Source: a virus (Duplodnaviria; Caudoviricetes). From it: a DNA stretch of 46,289 nt. The notes beneath the pieces were generated by a model, which made no database searches, had not been told where the DNA came from, and saw only the letters and a list, made by a program, of their open reading frames with translations. This document shows positions 1 to 8,762 of this stretch, piece after piece. Made by a program: the position numbers and the translations under genes. Positions within the stretch are counted from its first letter, which is position 1; the number at the start of each line of letters is the position of its first letter. The stretch spans positions 1 to 46,289 of IMG/VR virus record IMGVR_UViG_3300005077_000450. One strand, written 5' to 3'.

Positions 1-1
1 C

Positions 2-358
2 ATGACCATCCGCGACGAACTGAAAGCGTTTCTGTCCGAGAAGCCATTCTCGAACCCGCTCACGGAGGAGGGACTGGATAAGCTGGCGGGGTGGGTGGAA
101 GAATACCACAAGGATGAAGTGTATTATTGCCCACATTGCTTTCGGATGGTGCATGGCATCAAGCCACACTACGACCTCGCGGCGAAGCTGAAGCGGCTTG
201 TAGATGCAGAATGTATTTTCAACTGGACGAACGACTCTCCGTGGATTGGCGCACCGGATGGAGCCTGGGGAACGGAAGGCATTGAGGACTTGCCGGACAT
301 CCCTGTCATCATCGACGCCGCCATCGCGGAGCTGGACAAGCGGGAGGCGGAGGTTTGA
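2..358 (+). CDS. hypothetical protein with CxxC motif
   Basis: ORF at the window edge; YCPHCF motif; start may lie upstream. Confidence 0.6.
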   Translation: MTIRDELKAFLSEKPFSNPLTEEGLDKLAGWVEEYHKDEVYYCPHCFRMVHGIKPHYDLAAKLKRLVDAECIFNWTNDSPWIGAPDGAWGTEGIEDLPDIPVIIDAAIAELDKREAEV

Positions 359-384
359 AATCCTAATGCGGTATTTGGTATAAT
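355..384 (+). promoter_or_regulatory. sigma70-type promoter of the phosphoesterase gene
   Basis: TTGAAA (355-360), 18 nt spacer, TGG-TATAAT (379-384, extended -10); RBS AAGGAAG before ATG 421. Confidence 0.6.
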
Positions 385-420
385 GTTCGCCGGCGGGACG
401 GGGAGAGAAAGGAAGAAACT

Positions 421-1839
421 ATGTTATCCCTTGTTCTGGTTTCCATTCTCGCACAAACAACGCTTTTTGATGGCGGGCTTATCTGCGGCAGGCCTAACGA
501 TCAAGGTTTTACAATCGGCTTTCGGCTTACCCAAACCGCAGATGTGATACTTGCCGTCGGAACCCAGCCAGGGCTTGCCGATGTCCATTTATCAACCACC
601 TATGCCGTCCTTCCCGGGAGCTACTTTCCCACGCTGAACGGGCTGTTCCCTGGGACCAGGTACTACTACCAAGCCGCAACGCGTCCAGGATCCATATGCA
701 GCGCAAAGCGCCGAGACTGGATTGTAACGCCTGTACATGAAGCCGTCACGCAGCGGGGCAACGGCGAATCATTCACCGCGTGCATCGTGGCGGACGAACA
801 CCTCTGGCCGATCGATCCAACGCAGCAGGTTTTATATGGAATCACGCTTGATAACATACTCGACAAGGGGCCGGACCTTCGATTTTCTCTCGGCGACTTC
901 AGTGGGTGTGAATCGTATGTTACATGGCCGATAGCCAACGTTGAAGAAGGCATCTACCGTTATTTCCTTCAGCGACAAGCCATGCAGGACGTAAACACCT
1001 GCGGCGCATTCTTCTTGGCGCTTGGCAACCATGAGGGCGAGCAAGGTTGGAGTGCCATCAAAGACGTTGCCTATCAATCGCGCCTCGCCGCTATTCCGAA
1101 TCCAATAACAGGAGGCTTACGGCAGAACTACTATTCTGTAGAATGGGGCGACGCGCTTTTTATAGTTCTTGATCCGTTTACATACACACAAAATAAACCG
1201 CACGACAATGGGCCAGGTACAGGAACCCATGACGGCTGGGACTGGACGCTTGGCGAAGATCAATATAATTGGCTTCATGGCGTCCTGGCCACCGCTGGCG
1301 CAACGTGGAAGTTTGTTTTAATACATCATCTAACAAGCACGATTGCGACAGGTTTTCAGGCATACTACGGGCGCGGAGGAATTGAAATCGCGTCTTATGC
1401 CGTTGCCGGGCGCCCATCCTTCGAATGGGGCGGCGAGGATGGCGATGGGCTTTGCGTGTTCAATTCTAAGCGGCCTGGCTGGCAATGGGGGCCGATTCAC
1501 CCGATGCTGGTGCAATATGGCGTAAATGCTGTTTTTCACGGCCATGATCACTTTTTCTGCTGGCAAGAATTGGACGGCATCGCCTATATCGAGTGTCCGC
1601 AGCCTGGCGACCAGACCTATGGGATGGGATGGAAAACCGGATCAGGCTATGTCAACGGCACGGCGCTGCCTAATTCGGGGTACATCACGTTAGACGTTTC
1701 ATCGAATGATGTGACGGTGCGCTATCGGCGGTCCTGGCTTCCCGGGGATGGGGTGAATGACGAGATTGCCTTTGAGAAAACATTCTTAGGGCTGCTATTT
1801 AGGAATTCAAAAAGTGCATGGAATAGGACGCGGCCTTAA
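421..1839 (+). CDS. secreted purple-acid-phosphatase-like metallophosphoesterase (FN3-like N-domain plus calcineurin-like domain)
   Basis: Hydrophobic signal peptide; motifs ADEH, LGDF, LGNHE, IHH, HGHDH. Confidence 0.85.
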   Translation: MLSLVLVSILAQTTLFDGGLICGRPNDQGFTIGFRLTQTADVILAVGTQPGLADVHLSTTYAVLPGSYFPTLNGLFPGTRYYYQAATRPGSICSAKRRDWIVTPVHEAVTQRGNGESFTACIVADEHLWPIDPTQQVLYGITLDNILDKGPDLRFSLGDFSGCESYVTWPIANVEEGIYRYFLQRQAMQDVNTCGAFFLALGNHEGEQGWSAIKDVAYQSRLAAIPNPITGGLRQNYYSVEWGDALFIVLDPFTYTQNKPHDNGPGTGTHDGWDWTLGEDQYNWLHGVLATAGATWKFVLIHHLTSTIATGFQAYYGRGGIEIASYAVAGRPSFEWGGEDGDGLCVFNSKRPGWQWGPIHPMLVQYGVNAVFHGHDHFFCWQELDGIAYIECPQPGDQTYGMGWKTGSGYVNGTALPNSGYITLDVSSNDVTVRYRRSWLPGDGVNDEIAFEKTFLGLLFRNSKSAWNRTRP

Positions 1840-2239
1840 TCAGCATCGGCGGGCAATATTGCAGTTTATTGGTTTAGGCGACAAAAGATGCGATGAACAA
1901 TTCCGTGTTTATAGGGTGTCTCCCGCCGCCAAGGCATTAAGGCCGAATGACAATGATGACATATATGACGAATTTAAAACGGATTACGTGCGCGTTATGG
2001 TCGTTCGCGATATCAATCTGTTATATCCTGAAAGCTGCGCTAAGTCGACGCTGGCGTTTCCTTGTGACAAATCGGGAAGAATCACATCTTGGATACTTTT
2101 GACAAGTCCCGGCGATGGAAGTGACTTTGCCTCGCCGCTAATCGAACTTGGATATCGTCTTTACAGCGGCGACAAAGAATACGGGACACCAGGCAGGCGC
2201 AGGCGGGGCATTGATTCAAAAATTATTGATTTGAATTAG
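1814..2239 (+). CDS. hypothetical protein
   Basis: Fills the gap in the + strand gene run. Confidence 0.5.
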   Translation: MHGIGRGLNQHRRAILQFIGLGDKRCDEQFRVYRVSPAAKALRPNDNDDIYDEFKTDYVRVMVVRDINLLYPESCAKSTLAFPCDKSGRITSWILLTSPGDGSDFASPLIELGYRLYSGDKEYGTPGRRRRGIDSKIIDLN

Positions 2240-2281
2240 TCATGGTGTAGGATTTCCGTAAAACATACCGGAGGCCGCATT

Positions 2282-2731
2282 ATGATTAAAGCGTTCGGGC
2301 TTGTTTATGAGGTGCAATTGTGCGATCGGATGGAAGACTCTGGCTGCTTTGATGCCGGTGAACAGGTGATTCAGATTTCAGCCGAGCAGCATAAGCAGCA
2401 ACAGCAACGCGCGCTGTTTCATGAGTGCCTCGAACTTGTTGTTTGTGAGTTATGCATTCCGATATCGCACGAGGATCTTTCTCGCATAGAAACAGGGCTT
2501 TTTCATGTCTTGACGTCTAACGGCGTTGTCATCGAATCTTTAATGAATGTCATCGATTATACAGACGAAAATGTTCAACCGATATCAGGCTTTGGGGTTC
2601 AGTCGAATAATGAGCGAGAGCGTGGTTCAGAGGTGGATAGCGTTTGCGGACATGATAACTCAAAAGCTTCAAAGAGGCGAAGCGCAGTTCGGGGACGTAG
2701 GGCTAACGTTCGACGACCAAAGGCTAAATGA
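2282..2731 (+). CDS. hypothetical protein, zincin-like (LFHECLE)
   Basis: RBS GGAGG; HExxE motif of small phage metallopeptidase-like proteins; C-terminus overlaps the next gene. Confidence 0.55.
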   Translation: MIKAFGLVYEVQLCDRMEDSGCFDAGEQVIQISAEQHKQQQQRALFHECLELVVCELCIPISHEDLSRIETGLFHVLTSNGVVIESLMNVIDYTDENVQPISGFGVQSNNERERGSEVDSVCGHDNSKASKRRSAVRGRRANVRRPKAK

Positions 2732-2876
2732 CGAGCGCGACGAGGAGCTATATGACGTGGTTGGATGGACGTTTTTAAAGTGGATGAAGCTTAGGCGCCC
2801 AAGGCGTCAGGGCCAGCACCCGCCGCCGCTTGGGCCTGATGAAGACCCGTATATGGGGGAGAGGGAATGCTACTAA
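2610..2876 (+). CDS. hypothetical protein (possible all-alpha NTP pyrophosphatase-like)
   Basis: Start re-placed at MSESVV; RGEAQFGD and DEELYD acidic motifs; adjacent to a phosphoesterase. Confidence 0.45.
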   Translation: MSESVVQRWIAFADMITQKLQRGEAQFGDVGLTFDDQRLNDERDEELYDVVGWTFLKWMKLRRPRRQGQHPPPLGPDEDPYMGERECY

Positions 2877-3547
2877 TCGCCGGGGGAGATTCGCACCATC
2901 CGATGAACGATAAAAGTCGGTGCGAAGTCTTTCTCGACGATATCCGCCGCCGCCAGCCGGATGCGGTTGTTCTCATGGGTGATATTTGGGACGCCTACCG
3001 CATAGCGCGGTTCACGCATACCATGAAGGACGCGCCGAATACCCTGGAAGAACTCGACTCGGTGCAGCGGTTTCTTTATTGGGTTCGCAAGGCCGCCGGG
3101 CCTGCTCGCGTTGTATACCTCAAGGGCAACCACGAGCTTCGCCTTGACAAACACATGGCCGACCGGGTGCCTGAGATTTACAAGCTCGAGGCGGCTAACC
3201 TTCCTGAACTTCTAAAACTTGCCGATATCGGTATCGAATGGGTTGACGATCACGACGATTTGGTTATGGATGGCGTAACCTACCGTCACGGCGACATCGT
3301 GCGGAAGGACCCAGGCAAGACGGCGCTCGAATACGTGAGTCGATACGCGGCGAGCTATGCTATCGGCCATTGTCACCGTATGGCAACCGTACAAAAGCGC
3401 GTAGGCGATAGCGTTTTAACCGGGATAGAATGCGGATGTCTCTGTTCCATGAAGGCGGCGTACGACTACTGTTACAAGCCGGATTGGTGCCGTGGGTATA
3501 TCGTGGTGCGCGACGGCGTGCCGGAACAGATAAAACTTGAAAGGTAA
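2867..3547 (+). CDS. calcineurin-like metallophosphoesterase
   Basis: Motifs GDSH, GDIWD, GNHE, HGD, GHCH. Confidence 0.9.
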   Translation: MLLIAGGDSHHPMNDKSRCEVFLDDIRRRQPDAVVLMGDIWDAYRIARFTHTMKDAPNTLEELDSVQRFLYWVRKAAGPARVVYLKGNHELRLDKHMADRVPEIYKLEAANLPELLKLADIGIEWVDDHDDLVMDGVTYRHGDIVRKDPGKTALEYVSRYAASYAIGHCHRMATVQKRVGDSVLTGIECGCLCSMKAAYDYCYKPDWCRGYIVVRDGVPEQIKLER

Positions 3548-3552
3548 AAGCG

Positions 3553-3747
3553 ATGGTTGCGCAAAGAAGCCTTAGCTATGCCGTTCTTAAGGCGTTTGCA
3601 AATAAGCTTGAAGATTGCTTGTCGCCCATGGAACTGAAGGGCGAAGGTGTAAGCGTTGAAGACTGGGAAGAGTTTTACGAAAAGGTTGATGCGGTTTATA
3701 TGGAAATGGGAACCATCATTGATTTCATGGATGGTAAAGACGTATGA
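3553..3747 (+). CDS. small acidic hypothetical protein
   Basis: ATGA overlap with the next ORF. Confidence 0.55.
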   Translation: MVAQRSLSYAVLKAFANKLEDCLSPMELKGEGVSVEDWEEFYEKVDAVYMEMGTIIDFMDGKDV

Positions 3748-4079
3748 AGTTCAACGACCTATCTGACAAGCTTATTTCGTGGTTGGCGGATAAAGGCATA
3801 AAGACGCACGAAGACCTCATGGTAGCGCCGGATTCGGCGTTCCACGTGACCGACGCATTAAGCCGTGGCGCATGGCGCGATCTGGCGATGTACTTCCGCG
3901 CTTGCGTGGAGGATCCCCGCGAATGCGTGTCAGAACCCCGCACAACGCCCGTATGCGCGGATTCGTCGCGGGACGTGGAACATCGCCTCTTGGATATAAT
4001 CGATCGCCTGACGGGCACCGTGCGGCTTACTGCGACGTCAACAACGGCTGCTGGCGGCATTCGGACATTCGATGATTGA
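3744..4079 (+). CDS. hypothetical protein
   Basis: Translationally coupled to the previous ORF. Confidence 0.55.
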   Translation: MKFNDLSDKLISWLADKGIKTHEDLMVAPDSAFHVTDALSRGAWRDLAMYFRACVEDPRECVSEPRTTPVCADSSRDVEHRLLDIIDRLTGTVRLTATSTTAAGGIRTFDD

Positions 4080-4080
4080 T

Positions 4081-4168
4081 AAAATTGCAGCAATCCGCCG
4101 CGAGCGCGTTTTTCTTCTCCTTTCACGCGGATCGGCCATAGAACTGATCGGCGCTTGCTGCAAGTTTT
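4081..4168 (+). ncRNA. hairpin-closed candidate antisense RNA
   Basis: Stem AAAATTGCAGCAA..CGCCG / CGGCG..TTGCTGCAAGTTTT; loop 4116-4136 matches 35904-35932 in three blocks. Confidence 0.55.
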
Positions 4169-4170
4169 CC

Positions 4171-4198
4171 TTGACTCGCGCGAACTACCCTTTACCCT
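4171..4198 (+). promoter_or_regulatory. candidate promoter upstream of the packaging operon
   Basis: TTGACT, 16 nt, TACCCT; same -10 hexamer as at 34177; TTGACTCGC recurs at 11693. Confidence 0.4.
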
Positions 4199-4417
4199 AG
4201 GGGGCTGGCGGTGTAAGAAGGGCACAACGATTGAGTAACTATTTTACAGAACTGAGACTCATAGAATGGCGACAAGAAGCTATAGCCGCTTCACCATGGT
4301 GGGTACAAGCAATCATATTAATCGATAATATTAATTTTAAGCAAGAGTACCTTTATGCCGCGTCACTAGCACCAAGACACCATATCGTATGCATCAATTA
4401 AGAGCGCACAAAATACA

Positions 4418-5077
4418 ATGAACAGACTATTTCCAGAATTCATAAAACCGTTACTGCTTATAGCTAAACCTTCTATAGTAATTGAAGTCGGCGCGCACGC
4501 TGGCGACAATACAGAAAAACTAATGGCTTGGTGCTTCGAAAATAATAGCATCCTGCACATGATAGACCCATCACCAAAGTTTGACTTCGCGGCCATGGAA
4601 AGAAAATATTCAGCACAATTCCGCGCGCATATCGATACCAGTCTAAACGCTTTAAAAAATATAGTGTGCGCCGATATGGTACTAATCGACGGCGACCATA
4701 ATTGGTACACCGTCATCAACGAACTGCGAATCCTAACCGAAAAAGCACAAGCCGCCGCTATCGCGCTACCAATTATTCTTCTTCACGACGTCGCCGAACC
4801 GTGCGCCTATCGCGATCACTACTACGCACCAGCAAGAATACCAGAACAATATAGGCACAAACATCATCCTGGCGGAGAACCGATACCGGCCATCGACAAA
4901 GACACGCCAAGAAACGGCGTGCTTTGCGCAGTAAAAGACTTCATGGCGGAATACCCAACAACGTACCAATTTAAAATGACGCATAAAGAGAACGGCCTAG
5001 GCGCATTGATAAGCGATCATCGGCTACAATCAATCGACGGCCTCGCGGGCTGGTTCAATGGGTTCGGTAGGTGCTAA
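4418..5077 (+). CDS. class I SAM-dependent methyltransferase (Methyltransf_24-like)
   Basis: IEVGAHAG, LIDGDHNWY and LLHD motifs. Confidence 0.85.
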   Translation: MNRLFPEFIKPLLLIAKPSIVIEVGAHAGDNTEKLMAWCFENNSILHMIDPSPKFDFAAMERKYSAQFRAHIDTSLNALKNIVCADMVLIDGDHNWYTVINELRILTEKAQAAAIALPIILLHDVAEPCAYRDHYYAPARIPEQYRHKHHPGGEPIPAIDKDTPRNGVLCAVKDFMAEYPTTYQFKMTHKENGLGALISDHRLQSIDGLAGWFNGFGRC

Positions 5078-5452
5078 ATGGGAAGGCCTAAAAAAGTAAT
5101 TGATGAAGAATTAGTGCGCGACCTTGCCAGCATCGGGTGCACATGGAAAGAGATAGCTTCTGTAGTTGGATGCGCGGAAACGCTTTTAATGCGCCGTTTT
5201 GCAAGCATTATAAAAGATGGACACGAGCATTTTAAATCATCGCTGAGAAGGTTGCAGTATAAGGCCGCACAAAATGGAAATGTGGCCATGCTGATATGGC
5301 TTGGAAAGCAAGTATTAGGACAACGCGAACGCGTCGAACACTCGGCTGATGAAGACACAGCAGACAAGGTGATAAAAGCCTTAAAGGCTATGGATGCAAC
5401 AATCGGAACAGACAATGGATCATCTGACGATAATAACGGCGACAAGAAATAG
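5078..5452 (+). CDS. terminase small subunit
   Basis: MGRPKK start, HTH, SLRRLQYKAAQNGNVAMLIWLGKQVLGQ motif; upstream of the large subunit. Confidence 0.8.
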   Translation: MGRPKKVIDEELVRDLASIGCTWKEIASVVGCAETLLMRRFASIIKDGHEHFKSSLRRLQYKAAQNGNVAMLIWLGKQVLGQRERVEHSADEDTADKVIKALKAMDATIGTDNGSSDDNNGDKK

Positions 5453-6206
5453 GCCGCGCGGAATCGAACTCGCCGGGCGCTGGATGCGCAACCAAAGCTA
5501 TTCAGGGCCGGTACGGTGGATCATCGTAGACGATGGCGAAGATCGGTGCGAGGCACCAACTGTAAAAACAAATTGGATTGTTGAAGTTATCCGCAGAGAC
5601 GTCGAAACAAATGAAATAGCAAGTTTCACGGGAAACCTTGAGACCGGGATTTCAGCTGTCGATGCCGAATCAAATACGGTCGCCATAATTGAGGACGATG
5701 ATTATTATCGGCCTGAATATCTTGAATTTATGCTGAAGGAAATGCACGACAGCCAGGTTAGCCTCGTCGGCATAAAGGCGCTGCACTACTATAATCTTCG
5801 TGATAAGCTATACGTCCCAATCGTCCCGATGTGTGCGGCCATGTGTACGACGTGCTTCAAGCGCACGATGTTCTCGCCGTTCCGATGGTCGCTTCGTCAC
5901 GCAAAGCGTATGCAAACAATTGACGTTGATTTCATCCTATGGACCAGCGCGGCTATCCAGCTTCCGCATAAGTACGTCTTCCCTTCCAGGGCGATTAATA
6001 TCGGCATGAAATGCATTCCTGGGAGAAGAAGAATCGGCGCACTTGGCTGGAAGGTTGACGAATCGCAGAAAGATAAATATCATATCGATCGGGACGGTAC
6101 AATATTGCGGCGTCTTATCGGAATAGAAGAAGACGCGCAAATTTATCTCGACTTAATCAAGGAGATTGAGGCCGATGTCAAAGCCGCTGCTTCGCATGGC
6201 GCCTAA
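5415..6206 (+). CDS. glycosyltransferase family 2 (GT-A fold)
   Basis: TIITATRNR, WIIVDDG and IIEDDDYY (DxD) motifs. Confidence 0.85.
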   Translation: MDHLTIITATRNRPRGIELAGRWMRNQSYSGPVRWIIVDDGEDRCEAPTVKTNWIVEVIRRDVETNEIASFTGNLETGISAVDAESNTVAIIEDDDYYRPEYLEFMLKEMHDSQVSLVGIKALHYYNLRDKLYVPIVPMCAAMCTTCFKRTMFSPFRWSLRHAKRMQTIDVDFILWTSAAIQLPHKYVFPSRAINIGMKCIPGRRRIGALGWKVDESQKDKYHIDRDGTILRRLIGIEEDAQIYLDLIKEIEADVKAAASHGA

Positions 6207-6537
6207 CGGGCGAATATTAGACGAACACGGCGATCCGGCGCGATTGGATGATATCGAGTCTGGATATGCCAACGTGCTTATGGGGCACCAGTCGGCAACA
6301 AAATCCCCGATTAAGCATCTAAAGACGCTGGCCATGATTGTGGCGGATATCTACAAGAACGCCATAACCAACGCGTATATTGGAATGCACAATAAATACC
6401 TGTTTAAAATATGGGAGTTTGAGGGCACTATTCCAACCGAATATCTTGAAAAGATAGCTGATGCGCTTGAAGAAATAGGCCCGTTTTCTCAGTCAGATAA
6501 AAAGGCTGCACAAAAAGAACCGCCGCCCGGCGAATGA
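6175..6537 (+). CDS. hypothetical protein
   Basis: Fills the gap between the glycosyltransferase and terminase; RBS GAGG. Confidence 0.55.
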   Translation: MSKPLLRMAPNGRILDEHGDPARLDDIESGYANVLMGHQSATKSPIKHLKTLAMIVADIYKNAITNAYIGMHNKYLFKIWEFEGTIPTEYLEKIADALEEIGPFSQSDKKAAQKEPPPGE

Positions 6538-7872
6538 TTGTTGCTAACGCCTCGATGGACGCAGCTTAGATACCATCCGGAACAGCGCCGCTTATGGGAC
6601 AGCTTGACGCGTTTTTGCGTCATCCATGCGGGACGAAGATCCGGGAAAACCGAACTCGCCAAGCGCAAGCTTGTCATGCGGGCGCTTGCCTATCATCATA
6701 CCAAAGACGGACATTTCGGCGCGTGCGCCCCGACATACTCACAAGCCAAGGCACTTTACTGGAACGACTTAAAGGCGCTTGTTCCGAAGCAATTTATCGG
6801 TGACATTTCAGAAAGCGAACTAACGATAACACTAAAGCCGGTGGCAACGCGCATTTCCGTCATCGGCATGGATAAGCCGTACCGCATCGAGGGAACGCCA
6901 TGGGATGGGCTTCTGCTTGATGAGTACGGCAACATGAAGCCTGGCGCATGGGGCCAGAACGTGAGGCCTGCGCTTTCGACGCCAGGGCGGCCTCCTGGAT
7001 GGGCGTGGCTGTTCGGCGTTCCAGAGGGATGCAACCACTACCACGAGCTATATCAATTCGCGAAGGATCCCGAGAATAATGACTGGGATGTCTTCTGGTG
7101 GAATAGCGCGGACATCCTTACCAAAGAAGAAATCGCGGCAGCCAAGGCGGAACTTGACCCTGTCATATTTCAGCAAGAGTACGAGGGGGCCTTTGTTTCT
7201 TTCGAGGGCAGGGCATACCACGCCTTCGAGGCGAGCGTTCATGCGCGGGACAGGTTGGAATATGATCCGGCGCTTCCGCTTTGCTTTTGCTTCGACTTTA
7301 ACATCGAGCCTGGCGTTGCTGCTGTACTGCAAGACCAGCGATATCGTGGTGGGCGTGGCGATGTGGCCGATCAAATAACCGCCGTCTTGGGTGAGGTACA
7401 CATCCGAAGAAACAGCAGGACGGATATTGTCGTTCGGAAGCTTTGCGAGGATTGGAAGCATCATACCGGACAAATAAGGTGCTACGGTGACGCGACGGGC
7501 GGCGCGGGCGGTTCTGCTAAGGTGGCCGGTTCTGATTGGCAAATAATCCGCAATATGCTTTCGCAGGCATGGCCGGAGCGCGTCGATGTGCGCGTGCCGA
7601 GAGAGAACCCGCGCGAACGCGTGCGTATCAACGCGCTAAATGGGCGGCTTCGAACTGCTGACGGAAAGATTCATATGCTGATAGATCCACGATGCAAGCG
7701 CATCATCGAGGATCTTGACAACGTGAGCGTGATTCCTGGATCTGCTGGCGAGCTTGATAAGACATCAAATCTTTTATTGACTCATTTAACGGATGCCTTA
7801 GGTTATTTCGTTGTGTACGAGCATCCGCTTCATGCAGGGGCGGAAACTGTTGCTATATCGGGGATTTATTAA
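6538..7872 (+). CDS. terL: terminase large subunit
   Basis: Walker A AGRRSGKT, Walker B LLLDE, FQQEYEG, nuclease DFN and HLTDALGY. Confidence 0.95.
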   Translation: MLLTPRWTQLRYHPEQRRLWDSLTRFCVIHAGRRSGKTELAKRKLVMRALAYHHTKDGHFGACAPTYSQAKALYWNDLKALVPKQFIGDISESELTITLKPVATRISVIGMDKPYRIEGTPWDGLLLDEYGNMKPGAWGQNVRPALSTPGRPPGWAWLFGVPEGCNHYHELYQFAKDPENNDWDVFWWNSADILTKEEIAAAKAELDPVIFQQEYEGAFVSFEGRAYHAFEASVHARDRLEYDPALPLCFCFDFNIEPGVAAVLQDQRYRGGRGDVADQITAVLGEVHIRRNSRTDIVVRKLCEDWKHHTGQIRCYGDATGGAGGSAKVAGSDWQIIRNMLSQAWPERVDVRVPRENPRERVRINALNGRLRTADGKIHMLIDPRCKRIIEDLDNVSVIPGSAGELDKTSNLLLTHLTDALGYFVVYEHPLHAGAETVAISGIY

Positions 7873-7955
7873 ATGGAAGGGCGACGCTCAAACTGGAACT
7901 GCGGCAGCTTCGGGTTGCGGGTTAATTGCATCGCCTGGGCCAAGCCCTTCCGTTT
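7871..7955 (+). ncRNA. hairpin-closed structured element
   Basis: 12-bp stem AAATGGAAGGGC / GCCCTTCCGTTT enclosing a C(UUCG)G sub-hairpin; followed by a T-rich tract. Confidence 0.4.
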
Positions 7956-7963
7956 TATTTTAA

Positions 7964-7981
7964 ATGGCGTGATTTCTCCTT
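7964..7981 (+). ncRNA. single-stranded segment antisense to the RBS/start of the 35725-35895 gene
   Basis: ATGGCGTGA-TT-TCTCCTT versus ATGGCGTGA-C-TCTCCTT at 35894-35910. Confidence 0.55.
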
Positions 7982-7989
7982 CTCCTTGT

Positions 7990-8037
7990 GCGCGGGCCGG
8001 GCGTGCTTTGGGCGGCGGGCCTGGCCTGCGCTTTTTT
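7990..8037 (+). terminator. intrinsic terminator
   Basis: GCGCGGGCCGGGC / GCCTGGCCTGCGC stem followed by TTTTTT. Confidence 0.7.
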
Positions 8038-8052
8038 ATTGGGTGATTATTT

Positions 8053-8370
8053 ATGGCGGATCAAAAAGCGATTGACGCGATTCGGGACGCGCTGAAGGAA
8101 TATTATACCGAACAATTTAATACCGTCGTTGTGCCGCTGTTGAACGGGGCGGTGGCCGATATTGAGGTTTACTTGTCGGCCATCGCAAAGGATGCAACCG
8201 AGGCGGCCATGGTTGGCGACATGGAGTCAAGGCGGCTTCTGGCGAACCAGCTTTCGGTATTGGCGGAAAAGCATCGTATCATCATGGCAAATTCCGCGCT
8301 TCACACGATTCTGTCCGTGATCGACGTCGGCATTGCCATAGTTCCCAAAGTATTAGGGGCGATTCCATGA
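8053..8370 (+). CDS. hypothetical protein with hydrophobic C-terminus
   Basis: ORF; ATGA overlap with the next gene. Confidence 0.65.
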   Translation: MADQKAIDAIRDALKEYYTEQFNTVVVPLLNGAVADIEVYLSAIAKDATEAAMVGDMESRRLLANQLSVLAEKHRIIMANSALHTILSVIDVGIAIVPKVLGAIP

Positions 8371-8744
8371 CAAGACGAATCTGCATCGGTGCGCCGATTA
8401 TCTTTACGCTGGCTTTGTCGTGCTGTTCTTTGGACACGAACATTGATAATAGCGCCATATTAGCCTCGGTATCGGATCTTGTGTCTATCCATGATGCATA
8501 CGTGGTGGTGGACGTTGATATTGACGCGGCGGTTAAAAGCGACGCGCTGTCGGAAAGCTACGAGTTAAAGTGCTATATTCAAAATAATGCTACCACGCCG
8601 AGGCAGTTATTTTTGATGCTGCTTAAACCCGTTGCGGCAAGATACGAGCATTATGTATGGACGGATGAAACGCTTACCGACTTGCAACGCCGCGTGAGGC
8701 TTCGGACATCAGATCTATTGAAGAGCTTGGCATACGAAATCTAA
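8367..8744 (+). CDS. putative lipoprotein
   Basis: Basic N-terminus, hydrophobic core and lipobox-like LALSC. Confidence 0.55.
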   Translation: MTRRICIGAPIIFTLALSCCSLDTNIDNSAILASVSDLVSIHDAYVVVDVDIDAAVKSDALSESYELKCYIQNNATTPRQLFLMLLKPVAARYEHYVWTDETLTDLQRRVRLRTSDLLKSLAYEI

Positions 8745-8762
8745 AGAACAGGGGCTGTCATC

